This document shows, one piece after another, positions 23,364-32,515 of a stretch of DNA of 39,180 nucleotides (the stretch's first letter is position 1; every line of letters begins with the position of its first letter). The position numbers and the translations under genes are program-made. Origin of the DNA: a virus; the IMG/VR virus record IMGVR_UViG_3300045988_088556, one strand, 5' to 3'. The notes beneath the pieces were generated by a model. The model saw only the letters and a list, made by a program, of their open reading frames with translations, made no database searches and was not told where the DNA came from.

Positions 23364-23596
23364 GGACCGAGTATGAAGGTTCCCATAGCCCTTTCGGATT
23401 CGTGTGGCAGATAGCCAGCGCCACAGGCTGGAGCGTGGACTACATACTCCACGGCGTGAACTACCAGACCCTCATCATGATGCTGTGCGATGCCCCACGT
23501 TACATCAAGAAGAAAGCAGGCAGACCCGACAGCGGCAAGACCGCCGAGGAGGAAGCCGAAGACATAGCAGGATTTTTCCAAAGTAAACTGAATTGA
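22884..23596 (+). CDS. Putative G-T-like frameshift fusion chaperone (shift at 23282-23288, ~237 aa)
   Basis: Matches the conserved G/GT architecture of long-tailed phages. The downstream ORF (track 23159..23596) has no convincing start of its own after the overlap. Confidence 0.45.
23282..23288 (+). promoter_or_regulatory. Candidate -1 programmed ribosomal frameshift heptamer C_CCU_UUU
   Basis: X_XXY_YYZ in the zero frame of 22884..23363 (gaC CCT TTT). The -1 frame stays open from here to 23596. Confidence 0.5.
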
Positions 23597-23600
23597 AAGC

Positions 23601-26600
23601 ATGAGCAAGCCCGTAGAGATAGAGTTCCTGATGAAGGACAAACTGAGTGACGGAATCGACAATGCCAACGCGCATATCGACACCCTCATCTATAATGCCA
23701 AGAAAGCGGCCGAGCTGGTGAACGCCAAGATAGCTGAGCAGCACAAGGTCATTGACGGCGTGGCCGCAGACCTCAGCCGTATGGAGAGGCAGCTTGCAGG
23801 CATGAAACCAGGTACCGCCCAGAAGGAACTCGCCGCCGATGTCATGGCTTGCCGTAAGGTGCTGGACGAGGAGCGGAACACCCTCGTTTATCTGGAGAAA
23901 CAACACCGCCAGGCGGAAAAGGCTGTGTCCGACTTAGAGAAGGAGCATGGCAAGCTCTCCGAGTCCAGCACCACGGCGGCTGTGGCGCAGAAGACCCTTG
24001 CCGAGCGTATCGCCGAGAGCAAGGACTTGGTGAAGTACACCACGTCCTGTATCAAGGAGCTGGAGAAAGCCTACAAGAACGCAGCCCCCGGTAACGCCCA
24101 GTCCGCAGCCCTTGCCGAACTCAACGCCGCCAAGAAAGCGTTGGAGGAAGAGAAGCTGATACTCGCCAGCCTCACACGCGAGCAGGAGGAAAACCGGGAG
24201 AGCAACAAGCGTCTGGCCATGCAGTTGCGCGAGTTGCAGAACGCGATGGCCAAGATGCGCCTGGAAGGGAAGCAGGACACGGAAGAGTACCGCGAGATGG
24301 CGAAGAAGGCAGCCCTGCTGTCCGATACCATCGCCGACCTCCATACCCAGACCAAGATACTCTCCAACGATGATGCCAACCTGCAGGGCTTCATGTCCGG
24401 CATCAGCGGTCTGTCAGGCATGTTCACCGCCGCCACCGGTGCCGTGTCCCTGTTCGCCTCCGAAAACGAGAACCTTGCCAAGATACAGGCGAGGGTGCAG
24501 TCCGTCATGGCCGTCACGATGGGTCTGCAGCAGGTGTTCAACACCCTGAACAAAGACTCCGCATTCCGACTGGTGACGGTGGTGAAGATGAAGAACCTGC
24601 TGACGGCGGCCAACACAAGGCTGGCGGCAGCCCTCGGCATCTCCACCGCAGCGGCATCTGCGCTCATGGCGACCCTCACGTTGGGTCTGTCCGCCGTCAT
24701 CACCGGCCTGATAGTCCTGTTCAACAAATACAGCGGTGCGCAGGAGGAGGCACGGCAGAAGGCGCAGGAGCTCATCGAGGTGGAGAGCGAGGGCAGGGCG
24801 CAGATGATAAAGACCCGTTTCGAGATAGACAACACCATTCGCGAGCTGAAGGAGTTCACCGGCAGCAAGGAGGAGGAAAAGAAGAAGACCGAGGAACTGA
24901 ACCGCAAGTACGGCGAGGCTTTCGGCTACTATGACACCGTTGCCGAGTGGTACGATGTCCTCACGCAGAAAGCGGCCGACTATATCCAGATGCTCTTCCT
25001 GCAGGCCAAGGCACAGGCACTGGTCAACAAGGCCGTGGAAGCCGACGACAAGGTGAACAAGCTGAAGGCGACCGATGCAGATGATGTCGATGGCTCCATG
25101 GGGTGGTTCAAGAAGTCTCTCCTCTATTTTGTGCAAGGAGAGTCCAACGGCCAGATAGACGCGTCGGCCATCATCAAGGAAGAGAATGAGAAGAACAAGG
25201 AGCAGGCCATCGCCGATGCCGAGAAACTCCGTGACGACCTGCTCAAACAGGCGGAGGACCTGACCAAGGAAATGGGCGAGATAGGCAAGAACAGCAATAT
25301 CGGCGGCCATACCAAGCCCGAACACAAGCCGAAGCCGACCGGTGGAAACGGCGACAAGGACCGACAGAAAGAACTGGAGCGCGAGAAGGCAGCCGAGCAA
25401 AAACGAGCCGAGGAACTTGCGCGGCTCCGTCAGGAGAACGAGCAGAAAAGCATCGACCAGATGGCGGAGGGCAGCGCCAAGCGAATCCGGGAGATAAAGT
25501 TCAACTACCAGAAAGAGGAAGCCGAGATAAAGGCGCAGGAGGCCAAGTGGCGCGATGCGCAGGGCGGGAATCTCACGGAGGAGCAGGGCAATGCCCTTGC
25601 GGAACGGCTTCGTCTGGCACAGGAGGAACAGCGCAAGGGTCTGGAGGAAATCGACAAGGAATCCCTGAAGAACGAGCTCCAGGCCATGGTGGACTACCTG
25701 CGCGAGTATGGTACGCTCCAGGAGCAGAAATACGCCATCGCCAAGGAATACGCCGAGAAGATACGCGAGGTGAACGAGGGCGACGGCACGGCTGAGGAAA
25801 AGCGGTGGCAAGTCCGCAAGCTCGAAAAGGAGCGTGACGCTGCCGTCAGTCAGACCAATGCCCAGAACCTCGCCTTGAACATAGACTGGAGCACCACTTT
25901 CGAGGGTGTCGGCAACGTGCTCAAAGACGTTGCGAAAGAGACACTCGCCAAGATAGAGGAGTACATTCAGACCTCCGAGTTCAAGAAACTCTCGGCGGAA
26001 AACAAGAAGGTATATACCGACCTGCAGGCGAAACTGAAGGACGAGACCGGCGGCAACAGTACCAGTGCCTTCAACTTCAAGATATGGGGCACAATCGCCG
26101 AGAACGTGAAGACCTATCAGGACAGCGTGCGCACGCTCCGTGAGAAAACCGATGCCCATACACAGGCCGTGGCCGATTTGGAACAGGCGCAACAAGACCT
26201 TGCCGATGCCACCGACGATGCCTCAAAGGAAATCGCACAGAAAGCGGTGGATATAGCGCAGGGCAAGGTCGATGCGACGGCAGCGTCTCAGAATGAGGCG
26301 CAGGAGGCCAGCGACAAGGCACGGAAAACCCTCACCGACAACACCAACGCGGCGGCACAGGGCATCAAGAACTTCACCGGCTACCTGAACGAGATGTCGG
26401 ACGGTTCGCTGTACGGCTTTGCCAACGGCATCACCAAGCTCATCACCTCGCTCTCCAAAGGCTCCGACGGCATCGGCAAGTCGTTGGGCGAGTTGGGCGG
26501 CAAGATTGGCGGCATCGTCGGTGCCATACTCCAGATACTCGACGCGTTGGGCGATGACCCGAAAGGCTTTATCAACGACCTGCTTGACAAGGTGGCCGAC

Positions 26601-27785
26601 ACGATAAACAAGGTGGTGGAGGAACTTCCCGAAATCATCATCGATGTCATCAAGGACGTGGGCAACATCGTGCAGGGGCTGCTCAGCGGCATTGCCGGGT
26701 GGTTCGGCATAGACGACCTCTTCGGTCTGAACGGCAACGAGAAAGAGGTGAAGAAGACCATAGAGAATCTGACCGAGCGCACGGAACTCCTGCAGAACGC
26801 CATTGAGAACCTGACCGATGTGATGGAGAAAAGCTACGGTCAGAAAGCCACCGATGCCTACGAGCAGGCCAAGCGCAACCAGGAGGAGACCAACGCCAAC
26901 TACCTGGGCATCGCGCAGGCACAGGCAGGCTACTGGAAGCACCACCACAGCTGGAACTACTACTGGAACGGCTTTTCAGATGACCAGACGGCATGGATAA
27001 GGCAGAACGTGAAGGAGAACTTCGACGGCAGCATCTGGAGCCTTACACCGGAGGAGATGAAGAAACTCCTCTCCAATGTGGATATAGCCGAGTACATCAA
27101 GAACACCGGCAAGGGCGGTTATGGAAATGATGTGCTGGACAAGCTGCAGGACTACGCGGACCAGGCAGGAAAGATAGAGGAACTGACCGACAGCTGGCGC
27201 GAGACCATCACCCAGATAAGTTTCGACAGCATGAAGGACAGCTTCATCTCCAACCTGATGGACATGAAGAAAACCTCCAAGGACTTTGCCGAGGACTTCG
27301 CCACGGACATGCAGAAAGCCCTGCTGAGCTATTCCATGGAAGACCTCATCAACGGTGAGCTGAAGCAGTTGTACGATGACTGGGCACAGCTTATCTCCGA
27401 CAAGAACGGCGAGCTGACGGAAAAGGACATCGAGGACTTCAACCGCCGCTATGACGAGATAGTGGCGGAAGGGCTGAAACGCAGGGACGAGTGGGCGAAG
27501 GTCACCGGCTACGAGGACACGGGCGGTACCAGCCAGAGCGCGAAGTCCGGAGGCTTTACCGCCATGACGCAGGACCAGGGCACGAAACTGGAGGGCATGT
27601 TCACCAGCGGACTGCAGCACTGGTCAAGCATGGACGAGCGTCTGGAGACCGTGGCCGACCGCATGAACCTTGCCGAGAGCCACCTTGCCCGGATTGCCGA
27701 GAACACCGGCACGAGCGCGGGGCATCTTGGCGAGATAAAGGAGGACATCAGAAAAATAGTAAGGGACGGACTAAAAGTAAAATGA
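23601..27785 (+). CDS. Tape measure protein
   Basis: 1394 aa, largely coiled-coil, with a hydrophobic segment (TLGLSAVITGLIVLF). Canonical position after the chaperones. Confidence 0.85.
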   Translation: MSKPVEIEFLMKDKLSDGIDNANAHIDTLIYNAKKAAELVNAKIAEQHKVIDGVAADLSRMERQLAGMKPGTAQKELAADVMACRKVLDEERNTLVYLEKQHRQAEKAVSDLEKEHGKLSESSTTAAVAQKTLAERIAESKDLVKYTTSCIKELEKAYKNAAPGNAQSAALAELNAAKKALEEEKLILASLTREQEENRESNKRLAMQLRELQNAMAKMRLEGKQDTEEYREMAKKAALLSDTIADLHTQTKILSNDDANLQGFMSGISGLSGMFTAATGAVSLFASENENLAKIQARVQSVMAVTMGLQQVFNTLNKDSAFRLVTVVKMKNLLTAANTRLAAALGISTAAASALMATLTLGLSAVITGLIVLFNKYSGAQEEARQKAQELIEVESEGRAQMIKTRFEIDNTIRELKEFTGSKEEEKKKTEELNRKYGEAFGYYDTVAEWYDVLTQKAADYIQMLFLQAKAQALVNKAVEADDKVNKLKATDADDVDGSMGWFKKSLLYFVQGESNGQIDASAIIKEENEKNKEQAIADAEKLRDDLLKQAEDLTKEMGEIGKNSNIGGHTKPEHKPKPTGGNGDKDRQKELEREKAAEQKRAEELARLRQENEQKSIDQMAEGSAKRIREIKFNYQKEEAEIKAQEAKWRDAQGGNLTEEQGNALAERLRLAQEEQRKGLEEIDKESLKNELQAMVDYLREYGTLQEQKYAIAKEYAEKIREVNEGDGTAEEKRWQVRKLEKERDAAVSQTNAQNLALNIDWSTTFEGVGNVLKDVAKETLAKIEEYIQTSEFKKLSAENKKVYTDLQAKLKDETGGNSTSAFNFKIWGTIAENVKTYQDSVRTLREKTDAHTQAVADLEQAQQDLADATDDASKEIAQKAVDIAQGKVDATAASQNEAQEASDKARKTLTDNTNAAAQGIKNFTGYLNEMSDGSLYGFANGITKLITSLSKGSDGIGKSLGELGGKIGGIVGAILQILDALGDDPKGFINDLLDKVADTINKVVEELPEIIIDVIKDVGNIVQGLLSGIAGWFGIDDLFGLNGNEKEVKKTIENLTERTELLQNAIENLTDVMEKSYGQKATDAYEQAKRNQEETNANYLGIAQAQAGYWKHHHSWNYYWNGFSDDQTAWIRQNVKENFDGSIWSLTPEEMKKLLSNVDIAEYIKNTGKGGYGNDVLDKLQDYADQAGKIEELTDSWRETITQISFDSMKDSFISNLMDMKKTSKDFAEDFATDMQKALLSYSMEDLINGELKQLYDDWAQLISDKNGELTEKDIEDFNRRYDEIVAEGLKRRDEWAKVTGYEDTGGTSQSAKSGGFTAMTQDQGTKLEGMFTSGLQHWSSMDERLETVADRMNLAESHLARIAENTGTSAGHLGEIKEDIRKIVRDGLKVK

Positions 27786-27786
27786 C

Positions 27787-28251
27787 ATGGACAAGATACT
27801 TGGAGGGCTGGTGCTGGTGAACGGCACCGACATCTGGAAAGAATACAGCGTGTTCCTCGTCGAGGACAAACGTGGCGGCATGGATAACCTCACCGCCATA
27901 CTCACACCGAGCAAGACGAAGAAGGACACCGCCGTGAACATACGCGAGGAGCAGGGCGAGAAATACTCCGCCACGCTTACACCGAGAAACGAGCCGAGGG
28001 ACATCACGCTCAACTTCGCCCTGTATGACAAGACACAGGCGGGTTGGCTGCGGAAATACTTCTCGTTCATCAATTTTCTGAAACAGGGCAAGGGCGGCTG
28101 GCTGGACATCGTATTCACGCAGCTTGACCTTACCCTGCATGTGAAATACAGCGAGAGCCCCAAGTTCACACCGCTCACCTACCTGTGGAAGGAGGGTGTG
28201 AACGCCGGCAAGTTCAAGGTGAAGTTCCGCGAGCCTGTCCCCATCATCTAA
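27787..28251 (+). CDS. Distal tail protein (Dit)-position protein
   Basis: 154 aa, directly after the tape measure. Its stop overlaps the next start (TAATG). Confidence 0.5.
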   Translation: MDKILGGLVLVNGTDIWKEYSVFLVEDKRGGMDNLTAILTPSKTKKDTAVNIREEQGEKYSATLTPRNEPRDITLNFALYDKTQAGWLRKYFSFINFLKQGKGGWLDIVFTQLDLTLHVKYSESPKFTPLTYLWKEGVNAGKFKVKFREPVPII

Positions 28252-31200
28252 TGACATTCAAACAGCATTCCTATATGGTTCTGACGATATACGACAAATA
28301 CGGCACCGCCCGGACGGACATCTCGCCCGGTGACGGCAGCACCCAGCAGAAGGAGGTTCAGGGCGACAACGTGCTGACGCTCTCCTTCACCCATTACGAG
28401 CACATACCCCTCGATGTGAACGACTATGTGGACTTTGAGGGCGAGCGCTACTGGCTCACCGAGAAATACGCCCCTGCCCAGAAGAGCGATGGCGAGTGGT
28501 CGTATGACGTGAAATTTTACGGCATCGAGAGCCTGATAAAGCGTTTCCTCGTGCTGGAGACCACAGACAACAATGCCGAGCCCGTGTTCACCCTCACCGC
28601 CACTCCGAGAGAGCATGCGGCGATGGTGGTGAAGTGCATCAACAACGGCATGGGGCACACCACCGACTGGAAGGTGGGGCAGGTGGACGGCACCGACCTC
28701 ATTGTCATCGACTACGAGGGCAAGTACTGCGACGAGGCGCTGAAGGAGATAGCCGAGAAAGTGGGCGGCAGTGCCGAGTGGTGGGTGGAAGGGCAGACCG
28801 TGAACATCTGCAGATGCGAGCACGGCGAGGAAATAATATTGGGGTACGGCAACGGACTGACGGGCCTGGAGCGTGACACTGACAACACCAACAAGTTCTA
28901 CACGCGCCTGTTCCCGATAGGCAGCACCCGCAACATCGATGCGGAGAAATACGGCCACAGCCGTCTGATGCTGCCCGGCGCCCGCCAGTATGTGGAACTG
29001 CACACCGACGAGTACGGCATCTATGACCACTACGAGAAAGACGCGTTCAGCGGCATCTATCCAAGACGCACCGGTGAGGTGAGCAGTGTGCGCAGCGAGA
29101 ATGTCAAGGACGATGACGGCAACGCGTTCACTATCTACTACTTCAGGGACGACACGCTGAACTTCGATCCCAACGACTATGAACTGGCAGGCGAGACCAA
29201 GCGCGTCTCGTTCCAGGACGGTGATCTTGCCGGGCTCGGTACCGATGACGACCACTATTTCGAGGTGAACTTCGATAGCAAGACACGCGAGTTCGAGATA
29301 ATCACCATCTGGCCGTATGACGACGACACCCAGTTGCCCGGAGGAAAGCTCGTGCCCAAAGTGGGCGACCACTATATCCTGTGGAACGTGCGCATGCCCG
29401 ACGAGTACTACCCGATAGCGGAGGAGGAGTTCCTGAATGCGGTGGAGAAGTACAATGCCGAGCACTGGAAGGACATCAGCGTCTATAAGGCTCCGACCGA
29501 CCATGTGTGGGTGGAGGAGAACAATGCCGTGCTCCATGTCGGCAGGCGTGTCCGGCTTGTGAGCGACAAGTATTTCCCGGAGAACGGCTACCGGCAGAGC
29601 CGTATCACCAAGATAACGCGCAAGGCGAACCTGCCAAGCCAGATGGACCTTGAAATCAGCGACGCCCTGCAGACAGGCGCGCTTGACAAGGTGAACGACA
29701 GCATCGGAGAGCTGAAGAACTATACTAAGTCCAGGACAGAGGGCGTGGCCCTGCCCGACATCATACGCTCGTGGGACGACACGCAGCCGACCGACAACAA
29801 CATTTTCTCCGCAAGACGGAGCCAGCAGGAGTTCATCAGCAAGAAACGCAACGACCGTGCGAAGAAGAAAATCACTTTCGAGGAAGGCATCGGTATCGGA
29901 CTGGAAGAGAATGGGCGCATCGATGGCAAGGGCAATGCCGAATTGCTCACCCTTGTGGTGCGCGAACTGTTGCGCAGCGCCAACTATGGCGGCAGTGGCA
30001 TGACAGGCAACGGCTGGCAAATCGGCCTTGACGAGGACCTGCTGTCGCACCTGATAGTTGACAAGATAACCGTGAGGCGCGTGATGAATGTCTTTGAACT
30101 GCTGATAAACAAGGTGCGCAGCGTGGGCGGACAGATTTGCGTCAGCGCGGCCAACGGCAAGATAAAGACGGTGCGGGAGCAGGGCGACTACTGGCACATC
30201 ACCTTCGAGCAGGAGAACACCTTCGTGGCGCACGACCTGATGCGCTGCCAGGTGTTCACCGGCACGTCGCAGAAAGCCTACTGGGTGGAAGTGGCCGGCA
30301 TCGCGAATGGTGGCATACTTGTGGAGAAATCCGAGTTTGAGACCGCACAGCCCGAAGAGGGCGACGAGTGTGTGCTTATGGGCAACACCGAGACGGCGAA
30401 CCGCCAGAACCTCGTCCTCATCTCCGCCTCGGAGGACGGCCACCCGAGAGTGGACGTGCTGGACGGAGTGAACGCCAAGAACTTTGACCACGCCCTGCGT
30501 GCAAGGCTCGGCAACCTTAACGACATCAAGGACGGCCGCTTTCCAATGGATAACCAGCCGAAGGGCAACGGCCTGTATGCCGACAACGTGTACCTGCGCG
30601 GCACATTCCTGCTCTCCACCGGCGAGGACATCAAGACCAAGCTGGAGATAACGGAGGGGAAGGTGCAGAGTGCCATCGACAGCGTGCGGAACGACTTCCT
30701 GAGCGAGAAAGGCTATCTGAACAACCCCACGTTCACATCGGGACTGGAGAAATGGAACTCCGAGAACGAGACCGTGTTCTTCCTTGTCGGCAACAAGTGG
30801 ATATGGGCCAACGGCAACGTGCTCTCCAAGAAAGGCGACGGCGCAAGCGTGGTCACCGACATGGGGCGTACGGTGGTACGCATACGCAACAAGTACATAC
30901 TGCAGAAACACGGCAACCTGCGCTATGTGCCCACGTTCCCGACCAATGACGAGGGGCAGAAAGAGGCTCTGCCTGTGTATCTGACATTCTTCTACCGCTG
31001 TGCCAAGGCCGGCACGCTGAAGGTTCGCTTCGAGAATGTGGATAAGACAGGCTTTGCCAACTTCAACAGCATGGAGATAAGAGAGGAAATCGCGGAGACC
31101 GAAGGCTATGTGCAATATACCGGAAACGGCCTGTGGAACGGTACGGGCGACTTCCGTCTGGAGTTTGACGGAGACATCTACATGTACATGCTGGTGCTCA

Positions 31201-32219
31201 GCACCGACAAGTACGAGGCGCTGACGCACCGCTACCGCACATTGTTCGAGCAGAGCGAGCGGCTTGTGAAAATCTCCGCTGCCGTGTTCGACAAGGACGA
31301 GAATATGCTGGAGGAGACAGGGCTTATCACCACCTCCAAGGTGTCGGGCCTGTACGCCATCGACGGGGACGGCAATTTGAAATCCTTTGTCGGTGCGGGA
31401 CAGGACGGCGTGAAGATAAAGGCCGCCAACATACAGTTGGAGGGACTTGTGACCGCCAATGAGAATTTCAAAATATTGGAAGATGGCAGCATCGAAGCAA
31501 AGAATGGCAAGTTTATTGGCGAAATAGAATCTTACAAGGGCACTATAGGTGGCTTTACCATTGGTAATGGACGCATAGGCGCAGAAGCCACGCAGAGCGG
31601 AGATGGCGGTTCCCTTGCTATATACAGCAACTTCTTCCGTGTGGGTGGGAACAGCGGTTATGTGATGTTCGGAAATGATGTGATACCTGGAACTGCAGGC
31701 GGTGCATTTACCGCCACCGGGCGTATTGTGAACGAGCATCCGAACACATACGGGAACTATGGATTTGACCAGGCGAATTATGGTCTGTTCATTCATGTTT
31801 CAGGCGGAACAAAGAACTACGGTATCTGGTCCAATGCAGCATTGATGGCCCCCTCCTTTGTGAATACCAAGGCCAAGATACTGACATTTGACCCGAACAG
31901 CAGTACATATACGATAGATTTCTCTCAAGCGAACATCATACTGATGTATTTCAAAAAAGACAAATCCTCCGGGGTGGAGGTTACGCTTCCAAGCGAGTCC
32001 TCAGTCGCTGAGAAGTTCGGACTGAGTGAATTGCCCGAGGATTTTGCCACAATTGTGACATTCCGTGTACGAGCCGGGTCGTTACCTATAACGTTGGACG
32101 GCATCTACGACCACAATGAGAACCTCACGAATTACAAGATGGCAGAAGGGGACAGTGTGACAGTGCTCATCAGCAAGGTGGACGGCTTCCGCTACCAGAT
32201 ATTGAATCATTCAAGCTAA
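28251..32219 (+). CDS. Tail-associated hub / Tal-like large tail protein
   Basis: Track ORF trimmed to the ATG at 28251. 1322 aa, in the position after Dit. The last ~240 codons are lower in GC. Confidence 0.62.
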   Translation: MTFKQHSYMVLTIYDKYGTARTDISPGDGSTQQKEVQGDNVLTLSFTHYEHIPLDVNDYVDFEGERYWLTEKYAPAQKSDGEWSYDVKFYGIESLIKRFLVLETTDNNAEPVFTLTATPREHAAMVVKCINNGMGHTTDWKVGQVDGTDLIVIDYEGKYCDEALKEIAEKVGGSAEWWVEGQTVNICRCEHGEEIILGYGNGLTGLERDTDNTNKFYTRLFPIGSTRNIDAEKYGHSRLMLPGARQYVELHTDEYGIYDHYEKDAFSGIYPRRTGEVSSVRSENVKDDDGNAFTIYYFRDDTLNFDPNDYELAGETKRVSFQDGDLAGLGTDDDHYFEVNFDSKTREFEIITIWPYDDDTQLPGGKLVPKVGDHYILWNVRMPDEYYPIAEEEFLNAVEKYNAEHWKDISVYKAPTDHVWVEENNAVLHVGRRVRLVSDKYFPENGYRQSRITKITRKANLPSQMDLEISDALQTGALDKVNDSIGELKNYTKSRTEGVALPDIIRSWDDTQPTDNNIFSARRSQQEFISKKRNDRAKKKITFEEGIGIGLEENGRIDGKGNAELLTLVVRELLRSANYGGSGMTGNGWQIGLDEDLLSHLIVDKITVRRVMNVFELLINKVRSVGGQICVSAANGKIKTVREQGDYWHITFEQENTFVAHDLMRCQVFTGTSQKAYWVEVAGIANGGILVEKSEFETAQPEEGDECVLMGNTETANRQNLVLISASEDGHPRVDVLDGVNAKNFDHALRARLGNLNDIKDGRFPMDNQPKGNGLYADNVYLRGTFLLSTGEDIKTKLEITEGKVQSAIDSVRNDFLSEKGYLNNPTFTSGLEKWNSENETVFFLVGNKWIWANGNVLSKKGDGASVVTDMGRTVVRIRNKYILQKHGNLRYVPTFPTNDEGQKEALPVYLTFFYRCAKAGTLKVRFENVDKTGFANFNSMEIREEIAETEGYVQYTGNGLWNGTGDFRLEFDGDIYMYMLVLSTDKYEALTHRYRTLFEQSERLVKISAAVFDKDENMLEETGLITTSKVSGLYAIDGDGNLKSFVGAGQDGVKIKAANIQLEGLVTANENFKILEDGSIEAKNGKFIGEIESYKGTIGGFTIGNGRIGAEATQSGDGGSLAIYSNFFRVGGNSGYVMFGNDVIPGTAGGAFTATGRIVNEHPNTYGNYGFDQANYGLFIHVSGGTKNYGIWSNAALMAPSFVNTKAKILTFDPNSSTYTIDFSQANIILMYFKKDKSSGVEVTLPSESSVAEKFGLSELPEDFATIVTFRVRAGSLPITLDGIYDHNENLTNYKMAEGDSVTVLISKVDGFRYQILNHSS

Positions 32220-32232
32220 AAACAGATATACG

Positions 32233-32514
32233 ATGAGAAGGATAGACTTTCAGCATTTCAATGTTTACCTGTCGGTCAGCCACAAGGAGGCGCGGCCGAT
32301 GGACGTTCGCGAGACCTTCGCGGACATGATATACAACAACGTGAACGGCATCAAGGCGCACGCCCTCGCCCTGAAGATATACGAGAGTGAGGGAGAGGCG
32401 GACTACACCGATGACGAGGTGAAACTTGTGCGCGTCGTCGCCGAGCGTCTTTGCGTTCCCGGCTTCATAGACGGACTGAACGAGCAGTTGGATAATAACC
32501 CTAACAACGAATGA
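32233..32514 (+). CDS. Small acidic protein upstream of the fibre gene
   Basis: 93-aa ORF (alternative start at Met23). Function unknown. Acidic, so not Avd-like. Confidence 0.42.
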   Translation: MRRIDFQHFNVYLSVSHKEARPMDVRETFADMIYNNVNGIKAHALALKIYESEGEADYTDDEVKLVRVVAERLCVPGFIDGLNEQLDNNPNNE

Positions 32515-32515
32515 T

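Noticed and set aside
23159-23596. An independent 145-aa gene starting with GTG at 23159
   Set aside because: Its first ~40 codons lie entirely within the chaperone gene in the -1 frame. A canonical slippery heptamer at 23282-23288 offers a better explanation, namely a G/GT-type fusion.
28248-31796. A very long minus-strand ORF (1182 aa), with similar ones at 24414..26195, 26223..26948, 32948..34711 and 35828..36970
   Set aside because: These are shadow ORFs antisense to the tape measure, Tal and fibre genes. Their translations are low-complexity (rich in V, L, H, G and A). The plus-strand frames carry recognisable domains and operon logic.
32233-32514. An Avd-like DGR accessory protein next to the target gene. 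The other small ORFs at 4722..4955, 13095..13328 and 16635..16865 were also checked.
   Set aside because: None resembles a basic ~120-aa four-helix-bundle Avd. This one is acidic, and the others are membrane proteins or too short. Avd is therefore reported as not found in the window.
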